A stretch of 64,000 nucleotides of DNA from Malacoraja senta (Eukaryota), in contig CM075991.1 of NCBI GenBank assembly GCA_038087875.1, positions 6,076,001 to 6,140,000 of the forward strand, read 5' to 3'. Under the pieces are notes generated by a model, which searched no databases, had not been told where the DNA came from, and saw only the letters and a list, made by a program, of their open reading frames with translations. The translations under genes and the position numbers were made by a program. Below are positions 21,501 to 34,575 of this stretch, piece by piece (within the stretch, counting starts at the first letter, position 1; each line of letters begins with the position of its first letter).

Positions 21501-24259
21501 CACTTCTAGATCTGAAAGATGTATATTACTTAGTGTTTGTTCATTTATAAGATAAAATTATCTGAAGGAACAATTATGGCAATTCAAAGTTCTGTCTAAC
21601 GGGTTAACTTCAGTTCCTAGAATTTCACTAGATTGGTAAAAACAATTTTGGGGCTAATTAGAGTCCAAGGACAGATGTGGATGGCTTAACTGGATGATGT
21701 CCTAATTAGGACGAACAAGAGAATTAGTGAGTTATCTCTCTCAAATTATTCAAACCACTTTTGAAAGTTGGGTTTAATTCATCCAGAGAGAAATTAAGTT
21801 TAACGATACTTACAACAATTGATTATTTGATTCAATTGAAAGGGTAGTAATTTACCCAAAGTAAAGCTAATTGATGGTTGTATTAAGCAGTTGGAAAAGC
21901 AACAATCTTCAATTAAGACAGGTGGCCAGCTTGTTAGGAGAATTAGTGTTATTTCCAGCAATACAATATGGGCCATTGTACTACCAGCAGCTGCAGACTG
22001 CAAAAAGAAAAAACACTAAGATGCATGATGGCCATTTTTTGATAGGCCATGCAATTAAACAACAAATGCTGCTTTTGATTGCAGTAGTGGATTTAACATG
22101 TCTTCAGTAGTTCAAGCAAGATACGGATTGAACAGCCTTCCATGGTCTTAACAGACTGATATCAGTGTACTAGGATTGGTGCCACTGAAAAGGTATCCAT
22201 CTATGGACAGATGGAATATGGAAGAAGTATTATTTTACAGACATGGAGAATCGATGTTTTAAAGTCTATTGGAAGGCTTATGAGCTACAAGCTTGTTGTT
22301 TAATACAACTAATCTGCATGTTCAGTTTCAAATTAACAACACTACAGCAATGGCATGTATTAATTGTATGGGTGGAATTTCCATGATAACAAAGAATGGA
22401 TGTTTAACCTTAAGATTTTTTAATGATATAATAGTCAGATTTGGGCAGCCAGATATGATTTATTTCCATCCAGACTCAATCACCAGTTACAGAGATATGC
22501 GTTATGGGACTACATCGGGAGACAGTAGCGATGGATGTTTCTCGCTATATTAGGATGGTATGTTGTTATAGGCATTTTACTTCATCCTGTCTCATAAATC
22601 GGTGTCTGCTTAAAACGAAGCAGTATGCTGCCTCTGGGGTATTCGTGGTACCAGACGGGTCTACGCAGCCATGGTTCCCTTTGATATTGGAATTTATGAC
22701 ACAGTTTCTGATAAATGTTCCCAAAAGAAGGAAGTTACTGGTGTATTCGATAATTGGAGAGTAACATCCGTCATATGCCTGTATGGATGCAGGTTTTAAA
22801 AAAGAGGATTGTCTGGGCATGCTGCGGACATGCTTACAGCAGTCTGGCGGAAGAGTACTCAAAAGCAGTACATTTGTGAATCTGAGTTGTGACTCTGTAA
22901 ATGCTGCTTTCCCATTATGTAAAGGAGAACAAATTTCTGTGTATAAAAGAATATGGAAGGTTGTATGGCACATGTCTCAAATGTTTTGGATTTACCTCTA
23001 TTTAAGGGGTTGAGTTAGTACGATTTATTCAGACAGAAGTATATTATTCCTTGTTTTTATTGATGAGGTTGTAAAGACATCCTGTTGAGTTTCGTTCTTT
23101 CATTTCCAGTTTAATGAAAGGAATTTTAATTCCAGACCTTCTAAACCTAGGAAGGGATCTGGAATATAGAGTTGTTTCAAGCTACTTCATCAATGGAGTC
23201 TTGGTACGATTCTGATTTGGCCAAGTTCAGCATGGAGGTATTCATGCTTATGGCACTTGTAACATTACAAAAGTTACAGATACACAGGATGGAAGTACCT
23301 CAGGATTATGTTATGTTTTACATTTTAGGACCTACTCAAAGTAGGATCAGGTGTGATGGGATTCAAGAGTGTTTTATTAGCATATTCTATGGATCCATGT
23401 CTATATGTTAAGACATATTTGTTGCAATACATTGAGGCTACAAAGGTCTTATGAAATATGAAAACAAGATTGTTTACATTCATGAAAAACCATACAAGAT
23501 AGTGTCAGTTCAGACTATTTTAAGATGGTTAAAAACAAGTTTTGGTTGCTGCAGGTGTGAACATTGATGGTTTTACATTCCATTCAGTTTAGCAGCAACA
23601 TTGACGACCAGGGCGAAGGACGTCCCGTCGACCATATTTTCACAGCCTGCCGGGTGATCTATTAAGTTGGTGTTTCAACACTTTTACCATTGGCCTATTG
23701 CCAATACGGGGCTGTTGGAAGATACTATATTAAGTTCTGCTTAAATTTCCCTGGGTTAAAGGGGATACTGTTAATTCTCTTATTCAAATAAATGAATTAC
23801 TGCATTTGTCAGGCAAATGTTATTATTCATGCATTATTGATTATTTCTCGTTCCGAGTCAATCAATGCAGTGAGAAGCTGGGATTTGTCTGAGGCATGAT
23901 ATCACAAAGCTTTCAAATCTTCACGTAGTCACTCACGTGACTCCGAAGTAAAATAGTAAGATTAAACTATAACTTACCAGTTTGAAGTTTGATCTTTATT
24001 TCATGAGGAGTTACGTTGGTGATTACGTGCCCACCACGACCCAACCCTCTATCATAAAGGTCAGATGGAAGTTCTTGAATTACTCGTTTTATTATGTTAC
24101 TATATTACTTTGTTTGTTGTTTTTTGTGATTTCACACCGCTGCTTCAAAGGTTGACGCGCAGGCGCACTGGCGGGGTTCTTCACGTAATCACCAACGTAA
24201 CTCCTCATAAAATAAAGATCAAACTTCAAACTGGTAAGTTCTTGTTTAATCTTACTATT
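18547..24259 (+). mobile_element. Near full-length degenerate DIRS1-type tyrosine-recombinase retrotransposon (family A)
   Basis: Left ITR from ATTTTACTTCGGAG; right ITR 24153-24259; ICR 23918-24029 complementary to both termini. Broken gag (~19808-21110), RT (FKMET, LDLKD.Y, LDD ~21400-21720), RNase H (NTTAMACIN ~22335), methyltransferase-like (VVPDGSTQPWFP ~22645) and YR remnants (~23100-23743), with many stops and frameshifts. Confidence 0.9.
18688..19728. mobile_element. Non-autonomous TIR DNA transposon, copy 2, inserted in the DIRS A 5' region
   Basis: TSD CAAGATA at 18681-18687 and 19729-19735; empty site with single CAAGATA at 31007-31013 in the paralogous DIRS copy. Confidence 0.9.
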
Positions 24260-25681
24260 CCTCTTGTTTTAGATTAAAATGGAAGATAATCTTTGAACAG
24301 GTAATATTCCGTCGTCTGCTGGACCCTGGTAGGGGAGGGGGGGGGGGTGGGAGGGAGAGTGAAATCACTATCATTTTCTGAGGATTGAGCCAACACTCAA
24401 AGTGCCGGCCTTCCCAAAACAGTGAAATAGTTCGTGCACTGCTCAAAACTGCTCAAAAACTCAATGTAAGACTTCCGGTATCGCCATGTTATACTAACAG
24501 ATGTGCACCTAGCTCCACTCTGGAAAAAAATCGCGATTTTTCATGCTAGAACGGGTCTATAAGTCGGAATTGATTTAAAACCTTACCGGAGCTTCTGGTC
24601 GCCGTGCTGATGATGTCATCAGTAAGCGCCGTGCTGATGATGTCATCAGTAAACGTGGCTTAAAGACTTTTAAATGAGAAAACTGTCTTTAGCTCAGAGC
24701 CCTCAGAGAACAGTTAAAAAACAGCTGCTGAAAAACCTGAAGAATCCTGAAGGAGAAGTTACCTCTGAAGTTCCTGAAGTGCCTACTAATCTCATATTTC
24801 AAAATATTAATTGCAAACGAGAACTCCAAAGTACTCCTACTCAATCCATAAATCCAGAATGCAGCCGCCCGACTCATTACCCAGACCAAATCCTGGCACC
24901 ACATCACCCCAGTTCTCAAAGAACTCCACTGGCTTCCCATTTCCCACTGGATCATCTACAAAATCCTGGTCCTCACCTACAAAGCCCTCAACCACTTGGT
25001 CCCCCCTTATCTCACTGACCTCCTCTCCCCCTACCAACCCTCACGGTCCCTCAGATCCACATCAGCTGGTCTCCTCTCCACTCCGAAATCAAACCTCTGC
25101 ACTTTTGGAGGCAGAGCTATCTCCAGGGCAGCTCCCAGGCTCTGGAATTCCCTCCCACAACTGATCCCAAATTCTGAGTCCCTCACCATCTTCCAGTCCC
25201 GCTTCAAGACCCATCTCTTCACCTCTGCATACCCTTAGTCCCATGTTCCCCTCCCCTTTGCATCTCTGTCTTACTGCTCTATTTTGTTTTGTTTATTCTT
25301 GACTCTCAATGTAAAGCGACTTTGAGTCCTGAAAAGCGCTATATAAATAAAATGTATTATTATTATTATTATAAATCATGCCTCTAATGTTTAGACTTTG
25401 ACCCCCCTGGTCCAAAGTTTCCAAAGCTGGTGGAACAGATTTCTCAGAATCATTTCCTTTAACAGTTTCCTTCCTTATCTTGGAAGCTACAATGAACTTA
25501 ATCCCTTAAGGTTGTTTTCCTGTCAATTTATAAATGTATACTTTCAGAGAATTTCTCAATCCAGGTGTTGGACTCAAGACTGAGAATAAAAACGTTGCAC
25601 CAAGCAGGATTGCAACACCACAGATGAATGGACTTTAACCCAGTTCCTGCCATTGATTTTTGGACTGAATGACATGAATTT

Positions 25682-28600
25682 AATAGTAAGATTAAACGAG
25701 AACTTACCAGTTTGAAGTTTAATCTTTATTTTATGAGGAGTAACGTTGAGGGATTACGTGAAGAAGACCCCGTCCAGCCGCACACGCGTCAATCTTTCAA
25801 AGCAGCGGAGTGACAATCACAAACGATAATTACTGAAGTATGATAGTAAGAAGCATAAAGGCTTAGAACTACCAGCTTGATCCTTTTATGAGGGTGGGAG
25901 CGGAGGGCACGTAATCCCTCAACGTTACTCCTCATAATATAAAGATCAAACTTCAAACTGGTAAGTTCTCGTTTAATCTTACTATTTTACTTCGGAGTCA
26001 CGTGAGTGACTACGTGAAGATTTCAAAGCTCTGTGATTTCACACCGTGGATTAAAATCCAGCTGCTCACTGCACTGATTGACTCTATTTGAGTAAGCACA
26101 ATCAACAATGCATAACCATAACATTAAATGTAATCAGTTAATGGTTTTATTTATTTTAACAATTTAACCCATTTATCATAATGGGGTATTTAATACTGAA
26201 CCCAGCACGGCATCACCAAACACCCCCGGGATCTTTAATCTCCTTATGGTAATACTTGTGAAACATCTGTTCACTTGCCCATCCTGCGGCCGCGAGGATA
26301 AGGTCTATTGGAACGTCTGAATCCCTGGCCGCCGATGTTGATGCCCCCCTGGTGGAATGAGATTTTAATTTATCAGTATCAATACCTGAATAATCAACAC
26401 CTGTTTCAACCATCTTGAAATTGTCTGTGTTGACACTTTCTTATGAGGACTTTTATGACTAATAAAATGCTAATTATGTGCCTCTTAAGATTCTGTTTGT
26501 TTCCATGTAACATCTTACATATATTACCACACATAGCCATGGATCCGTAGGATATGCTGAAAACTCCAACTTACATCCTGTGAACCGAGGTCTACTTTGC
26601 TTCAGTAAATCATAGACATAGAATGTAACGGCATCTGCCCCTACTTTCATTCTGTCAATTTAATTTCTGTAATGTTTGAGCTCTCTGAGCTGAAACTAAT
26701 GCCGTCAGCATAACCAATTTCATGGTGATTTCGGCTAATGACAGAGTTTCAATAGGATTCCAATCCCTCAGCAGTATCAGTACATCTTTAACATTCCAGA
26801 TTTCTGTATACCTATTATGAAAATTCCCTTCATAAACCTACAGACCCAAGGATGTGATCCTATTGAATTTTGTTCTGATTCACTGCCTAATATGCAGAGA
26901 GTGCACTTCGTGCAGTATTGTTTGCACTAACTTAATTTTTAATTCGTAGTAAAGAGTTGAAAGAAACTTTAATACATCTGAAATTTCTGCTGTGTTATAT
27001 GCAATATTCTTTCCTGAACAAAACACCTCCTATTTCTTTATATAAGAAATGTACTGCTTCTGGGTACTATTCCTCCAGGCTGTTGATATACCATCCACCG
27101 TACGGTCTGATAATCCTCTTCCAAGATATGGCCTTTTCAGAATCTGCAAATCAACAAACCAATACGATCATGTAAAGGATGTGGTTCATTAGTTACAGGG
27201 TTTACAAGCAGTTTCACCTGCTTTGGAATAACCATAAGGGGTTCTTTGACTATGTTTAACACCAGTGGATACCATAGCTGTGTAGGCCAATCTGGTACCA
27301 CCAAAATCCCCGAGGCTGAGTCCTGTTTAATTTTCTGTATGTATCTATTGATTTAAACAAAATGGAGGAAATGCATACAGAAACATATCACCCCAATGTA
27401 GCGAGAAAGCATCTACCGCTACTGCACCAGGATCAGGTTCCCATGACACATACTTAGGCAATTGGTGGTTTAGTCTTGATGCAAACAATCAATCTTTGGC
27501 ATTCCAAATCGTGTTACAATTTGCTTAAATATTTCCTGATGTAACATCCATTCTGTATTATCATTAAATTTACGTGAGCTTTTGTCTGCAATTGTGTTAA
27601 ATTTTCCTGGTAAATATATTGCTGACAGCCAGATTTTCCTGACAATACACCAGGTCCAAATTTCATTTGCCAATCTATCACATGATTCTGATTTGATACC
27701 ACCCATGTGATTTATGTATGCTACAGCTGTAGTATTGTCAACCTGTACCTGAACATGCACATTTCCCATATTAGTGCAATAAGCTTTAAGGCCATGAAAT
27801 GCTCCTAACAGCTCTAGGTAATTTATTCCTTAATCTTCAAGCAAAGGTACTTCATCAACATTCCACCTACCTCCACAGCTGGAAATCATGTTAGTTGCGC
27901 CCTCCAAGAGCACTTACATCAGTCTGTAGAATGACAGAAGGTGTTTCTACCAGAACATTTCTGGAAGCATTAGAGACATTGTTAATCCACCATTCTATTT
28001 TTGTAATGGATCCAATTGTTAATTTCATGGGCCTGTCAAATTGCCCTGTATTCATTTTTAATGCTTGTACCTTAGCCCTATGCAAACATTGATAATGCAA
28101 TGGTCCAAACCTGACAGCTGGAAACCCAGCAATTAATTTGCCCATCAAGCTTGCCACTTCTCTAATTAAAGGCTTGTCCTCGTTTATGTGTTTAGTGCAA
28201 CATTCAATTAACTGCAGCCTTTTCTCTTTTCGCAAGGTGATTACCATGTGTTCAGAGTTAATTGTGAACCCTGGGTAATCAATGTTCTTGCTTTGTAACA
28301 ATTTAGATTTTTGTAGGTAAATAATGAAACCCATTTTTTCAAAATGTATTTGACTCTCGATACTGACAATTTTGTAGTAGCCAAAGTGTCCCGCACAATC
28401 AGAATATCATCTAAATAAACCATTAATACATGGCCCTCAGCTCTTAGCAGAGCTAAAAATCGGTTTGAGTAATTTAGTGAATAATCTTGGTGCTGTAGTC
28501 AGGCCATTTGGGCAATGCTTTAAATTGCCATAACTGACATCCATCTAAATTTCATATATCTTTGATCATTACCATGCATTGCCACAGAATAATATGCATT

Positions 28601-30742
28601 TTGCAGATTTATGCTTGCCATGTAGCAATTCTTTGTGACCAGCTGAATGGCATTAGTAAATGTTTCCATTTTGAAATGTTTCTATTGTACATAAAGCTTA
28701 AGATTTGTCAGATCCAAAATGATTCTACATCTACCATCCCTTTTTTTTTTTTTTTTCCTTAGGAGAATATTTGACAGAAACTGATGGTGTTGTTCTACTG
28801 ACATTTCTATTACCCCTTTTCTGCATAAAATGTTTCATTTCTCCATTGATCGACTTACTCTCTTCCTTTGAGAAAATCCGTGACCAGTTTGAATTATGCT
28901 GAATTGGAGGATCCAAACGTGGAGGGAACTCAATTTTGAATCCTACCATGCTACATAGAATAAATGAATCATTTGTTATTGATTGCCATTCTTTTAGGAA
29001 GAATCGTAACCTTCCCCCTATTTGTGAGTTGTGAAACATTTGTTGTGTTTCTTACCAGACCAAGGCCCCCTACCTCAGGGTTTGCCACTGGCAATTGTCC
29101 CCTTCTAGTAGGCACATTGTAACCTCCACGTATCCTCGGTGCAGCACGTCAACGTGTATACGAGAATGATAGGATTGTTCTTTCTCCAGCACCAGCATTT
29201 CGCCTGTAGGGATACTGCCTTCGCACCGCTCTGCTCAGCATAGGTGATCCTTTAGTTTCTTTGCTAGATTTTCTCCAAAAAGCAGATTTAGGCATTTGTA
29301 TATTGGATGGTTTGCAGAGCCTGCATACTTAGGATGAATATTTGGTCTTATTGCATTTTTACGAATACAATTTATTTCAAAGTGCGCACTACACATGGGT
29401 GCTAAGGCATTTTGTTGTGAATCCAATATAAAATCTTCATCCAAACCACTGGCAACGCCGTAATGCCTGACCCCAGCAATTTCCGTACTTGTGTAATTTC
29501 AATTCTTGTGAGCGTAAACCACTGCTCAAATAACCCATATCAAGTTATTCACTGCTGGAATTGCTACAATTTTCGGGGGTCTCATCTTTTTTGATAGTCG
29601 CATCCATAGTGAATTCCTAGGCTGATGGGAGAGTAGATAATTTATAGTCATAGCTATTTCCTCTCTCAAAGGTTCACCTGTTACTCTGGGAACAGCAAAC
29701 TTTTGTGCCAGCCTTGGAACATTTTTAGATCTGATAATGGGCTCTGGTCCTCATATAAATCATCATCTAAATCTAGATATTCATTTTTATGTTGGGTAAT
29801 TTCTGGCTCCCCTGTTTCAGGTAAGTCTCTGCCAGATTTCCCCTGCGCTGGCTCTCTTGTAGGCCCACGGATAGGCAGCCCTGCTTCAGGTACTGCTGGC
29901 GCTGGCTCAATTCTAGGCCAACGCTTCATTATTTTTACTCTTTATATTGTCGGTGCTGGCACATATGTCATTGCACGTTTGTGCTGCCTTTTGTTCAGGC
30001 ATTTCTAGTACTGGCTCTCCAATAGGCCAACACATATATTGCCTTTTTTCTGGCATTTTTGGGCACTGGCTCTCCTGTAGGCCAACCTCTTTAATGTTTC
30101 TGCACAGGCATTTCTGATGGCTCTCCTGTAGGCCACCCTTGTGCCTGTCCCATCCAAGGCACCTCCTGTGCTATACTTCATTGGCCAACCCCGACTTAAA
30201 TCCTCCTGTGGGGTTCTTTATAAATCATCTGCCCCATAAGGAGTTCTAAAGTTTTGACCCTTGCAGTGCAATATTCTTTCCTGCCTGAGGAGGGTATATC
30301 TCCGGGTCTGACTCATCCGAGTCTACAGGTCGGGCCGACTTTTGTCCAGCCTTGTGCCCCGCCGCCGGCGGTTTAACGGCATACTCGACCACAACGGGAG
30401 TTAATGGCTTCGCTGCCGCTGACTCCACTGACTGGCGCCCGCTACCCTTAGGATCTGGGGTTTTACTACGGTGCGTCCCTGACCGCCTCTCCTTCCCCCT
30501 TTCTCCATAATAAACTTGTGTGGAGCTCCACCAACAAGTCTGAACGGGAAGGAAATGCTCCTGTAAGTGAAAGTAACCCACTTACCTTCCGACTTTTGCT
30601 TACTTTTGCTTTACTCACCGGTCGGAGGAGCTCCTGCTCCTCCACACACGGTCATGAACGCTCTGCGTCTGATCGATATGATGCGTGTGCGGCTGGATGG
30701 GGTCTTCTTCACGTAGTCACTCACGTGACTCCGAAGTAAAAT
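25682..30742 (-). mobile_element. Full-length degenerate DIRS1-type retrotransposon (family B)
   Basis: ITRs and ICR (~25908-26020) as in family A; RT YLDD (ORF 28241..28423), RNase H QVDNTTAVAYINHMGG (27470..27769), MT LYAFPPF (~27360-27380), YR C-terminus HSTRGAS...AAGW...YY (26213..26413); AAT at both ends, and the empty site TTTAATCCACA is present in the other array units. Confidence 0.93.
26213..26413 (-). pseudogene. DIRS tyrosine recombinase C-terminal fragment
   Basis: H-x-x-R (HSTR), AGW and catalytic Y region typical of DIRS YR; upstream part is frameshifted. Confidence 0.85.
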
Positions 30743-30872
30743 CCACATTTAGAAAGCATTTGGCAGGTTGCTGTTCAAATCGGGTAGAAGGGGGAAATAG
30801 ACAGTGGATGGAAGGATTGAACACCTTGCAGGTGGCCACCATACAACATTATACAGAGACAGAAACAATCAC

Positions 30873-32046
30873 ATTTTACTTCGGAGTCACGTGAGTGACT
30901 ACGTGAAGAACCCCGCCAGTGCGCCTGCGTGTCATTACGTCAGACGCATTGGCGCAAACGGACGCGAGGAGCAGAGCTCCTCTAGTGGAATTGTAGTTTT
31001 CAACTACAAGATAAGTATCAACTTTTTTGGAAGTATTTCCGTGTCCGTTTACTGTGGGTCTGTGGGGATTTTTTCCACAGGCATCATGGAAAAAGCGGGC
31101 AAGGGGAGGAGGCGAGCGGCACAGCCGATAGAGAGTCGCGAGATTGTGGTCGGTGACCAGCCGCCTCTGACCATGGTACAGTCGCCAGCAGACAGCATAG
31201 CGACTGTGGATATTGGGGCTGAAGTGAATTTAGTCAGCACCAGTGGGGCAAGGCAAAGCCGATAAAAAGCTGCGGGAATGCGGTCGGTAAAGGACTGCCT
31301 CATACCCTACAACAGTCGCCAGCTGGGAGCGGGGCGAACTGTGGACTTGTGTATTAAATAAAAGAACGGAGCCAGCGCCAGTTGGTGCTAGGCAACACAC
31401 AAGTCAGGGCCATGGAGCAAGAGTCAGTTTGGGATTCACCTCCAAGGCTGGATACCACTTTCTGAGTGGATATTCCAAATGGAGAAGGTGTACACAGGTT
31501 GCTCCAACAAAACATACTCCAGGAGGAGTGATGTCAGAACCAGGCTCTAGAAGCCAGGTCAGCAGCACCTAGTAAAGGGCTGCTTGATAGCATCCTCATT
31601 GATGAGGCGCGTGCACAGGGTCAGCAGAGTTTCCAAAACAAGCGAAGACGGCAGCTGCCAGATGGGCTATTCCTGGCAGTACGATTTGCTGCTCTGTGAG
31701 AGTTCTGACCCTGAGTCTGACGGTGAGGCCGATACAAGCGAAGACGGCAGCTGCCAGATGATTTACTCCTGGCAGTACGATTCGCTGCCCCGTCAGAGTT
31801 AGGAGAGCCACTTGGAAAGGAAGTGGCCTCTGTGATCAACTATTGTGTCTGCCATCAGTTCTTGAATTACTCGTTTTATTATGTTACTATATTACTTTGT
31901 TTGTTGTTTTTTGTGATTTCACACCGCTGCTTCGAAGATTGACGCGCAGGCGCACTGGTGGGGTTCTTCACGTAATCACCAACGTAACTCCTCATAAAAT
32001 AAAGATCAAACTTCAAACTGGTAAGTTCTCGTTTAATCTTGCTATT
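30873..32046 (+). mobile_element. 1.17-kb deletion derivative of DIRS family A (unit 5), lacking the ICR
   Basis: 5' ~985 bp of DIRS A without the MITE, fused at GCCATCAG|TTCTTGAATT (~31858, AG microhomology) to the 3' terminal segment. Confidence 0.9.
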
Positions 32047-32250
32047 CCTCTTGTTTTAGATTAAAATGGAAGATAATCTTTGAACAGGTAATATTCAGTC
32101 GTCTGCTGGACCCTGGTGGTAGAGGGGAGGGGGGGGTGGGAGGGGGAGTGAAATCACTATCATTTTCTGAGGATTGAGCCAACACTCAAAGTGCCGGACT
32201 TCCCAAAACAGTGAAATAGTTTGTGCACTGCTCAAAACTGCTCAAAAACT

Positions 32251-33308
32251 ACAAATTCGTGATTATCTGAAAAAATACACAAAAGACTATCATAATATGC
32301 CTTCCGACTTACTAGATGAAGCAATGAAGACAAAGGCGGAATCAGCTAATCTAATATCGTACTTATATAATATCATTTTAAACATAGAAATACCCACAAC
32401 AGATGGAATTAGAAGAGACTGGGAACAAGAATTAGCTATAAAAATTTCAAAAGAGAGCTGGGATAACCATTTACTACAGGTGCATAAATGTTCGATCAAC
32501 GTACGACATACGCTCATCCAATTCAAAACATTACATAGACTATATTACTCAAAAACTAAATTAAATAAAATCTTTCCTAATGTTTCACCAATCTGTGATA
32601 AATGTCTATGTCAAGAAGCTACCATAGCGCATTCTTTTGTTTTTTGTACAAAAATCCAAAAATTCTGGTATGAAATATTCGATATTTTTTCAAAATTAAT
32701 TAAAATAAAACTGGTACCAAAACCAGAATGGATCATTTTTGGAATATCGGAAGGTATCCCTGAATTAAACGTGTATCAGAAGAATTTATTCAATTACGGG
32801 CTAATAATGGGAAAAAAGCTTATACTTAAATTCTGGAAAAATGCGCCCACACCAACAATAAAAATGTGGACATCAAATATGTTTGAAACATTACATCTGG
32901 AAGAGATGAGATTCCTCTTAACAGGTAAAGCAGACTAATTCCAAAAGACGTGGTCTACGTTTCTGGACCTATTACAAGCATGAGGTGCAATAGTAATTTA
33001 AAAAATAAATAAATAAAGAAATGGTATCAGGACCTGGTAATGGGAGGTAAAACAACAAAAACAGACTTGGTTGGTAGTTCCCTTTCTGCGATTGTTCCTA
33101 CTTTCTTTTTCTTTCTTTTCTAAGGCCTACTTTCTTACTTTACTTCCTTCTCTAACTTCTTTTCTAAGGGGCTTTCTTTTCCCAACACTCTCTTGCACTT
33201 CACGACTCTTGCGCACTTTCTTTACTTTTCTTACTTCTATCTTTGTAAAAAAAATATATATATTAAAAAAATAAAAAATAAAAAATAAAAAAAAAATAAA
33301 AAAAAATA
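32251..33308 (+). mobile_element. 5'-truncated L1-clade LINE (second subfamily)
   Basis: ORF2 C-terminus with CCHC knuckle (CDKC...HSFVFC), T-rich 3' UTR, A-rich tail; 17-bp TSD AAAACTGCTCAAA(A/G)ACT at 32234-32250 / 33309-33325; 3' UTR differs from the full-length L1. Confidence 0.92.
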
Positions 33309-33506
33309 AAAACTGCTCAAAGACTCAATGTAAGACTTCCGGTGGCGCCATGTTATACTAACAGACGTGCACCTAGCTCCAGATTTTTCGCGCTATAACA
33401 GGTCTATGTCAGAATTGATTTAAAAACCTTACCGGAGCTTCTGGTCACCGTGCTGATGACGTCATCAGTAAGCGCGATGTTTTAAACGTGGCTTAAAGAC
33501 TTTTAA

Positions 33507-34575
33507 ATGAGAAAACTGTCTCCAGCTCAGAGAACAGTTAAAAAACAACTGCTGAAAAACCTGAAGAATCCTGAAGGAGAAGTTACCTCTGAAGTTCCTG
33601 AAGTGGCTGCAGAAATGGATAAAAGATCTAAGACAGAGCTGGCTAAGGATAAAGAATTTGAGGATTTGAAGAAATCAGTGAAAGATATGAAAGATGAAAT
33701 TTTGGATGAAAATAAAACTCTGATGGAAAAAATGATGGAAAAAATCTAAAGATGATGTAGGATTCGAATGCTGGTAATCAGAAGGTTATTGATGCTGGTA
33801 ATCAGAAGGTGATTGATTCACTTGACACTATAATGTGAAAGATGGACTATCGGGGAGAATTGATAAGATGGAAAAAGTTACTACGGACAGGTTCACTGCT
33901 GTGCTTGAAACAGTAGCTGCAAGTATGGCTACAATCACGGAATTGGAGAAAAATATGGCTCGAGTGGCTGAAGACATGGTGAAAATGAGGCGAGAACATG
34001 GTCAAATGAAGCAAGAACATGAGCAAACTTCAGTACAGATGACGACTCAACTGGGGAAAGTTTCAGATAAATGCCTGGACCTGGAAGCTCATTCTAGACG
34101 CCAGAATTTGAGAATTCTTGGAGTCTCAGAGGGAACTGAGGGAAGGGACATTCGTGAGTTTGCCATGGGCTTAATTAAACAACTGCTTAATCTCTCCAAA
34201 GAACCGAAAATTGAAGTGGCACACCGTGTACCGAGATTTAAACCGAGATCTCAAGCTAGACAAGACCACCCATGACAGATTATTGTGAAATTTCGAGACA
34301 TTTCAGAACTGGAAGAGGTGATGAGTAAAATCAAATATGGAGTGCAACTGAGGCTTGATAACGACATTATCAAAATATTCAGGGACTATCCGTGTGAAAT
34401 TGTGCAAAAGAGAAATCAATTCGGAAAGACAAAATAACTTTTAAGGGGGATGCAAGATATTAGATATGGTATCTTTTATCCAGCTAAAATGCGCATCTCT
34501 TATAATGGACGTGAAAGATCATTTGTAAACCCGGAGGATGCGTACAAATATGCCCAGAGCATCGTTGAAAAGTAG
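33507..34575 (+). pseudogene. L1 ORF1 (coiled coil + RRM + CTD), disrupted
   Basis: Coiled-coil N-terminus, DLEAHSRRQNLRILGVSEG and AHRV motifs, YPAKMRI CTD remnant; internal stops and frameshifts. Confidence 0.88.

Larger units (their letters stand above)
12728..33605 (+). repeat. Head-to-tail array of five composite units (core ~2.0 kb)
   Basis: Identical junction GAAGTTCCTGAAGTG|C(C/T)TACTAATCTC at 13496/7, 15518/9, 17514/5, 24781/2; periods 2022 and 1996 bp for the short units, longer units expanded by DIRS/L1 insertions; ORF track repeats accordingly. Confidence 0.95.

Noticed and set aside
12728..33605. CRISPR-like or prokaryotic/phage system
   Set aside because: Repeats are kb-scale TE composites in a spliceosomal-intron vertebrate context; no short repeat-spacer array or cas-like ORFs.
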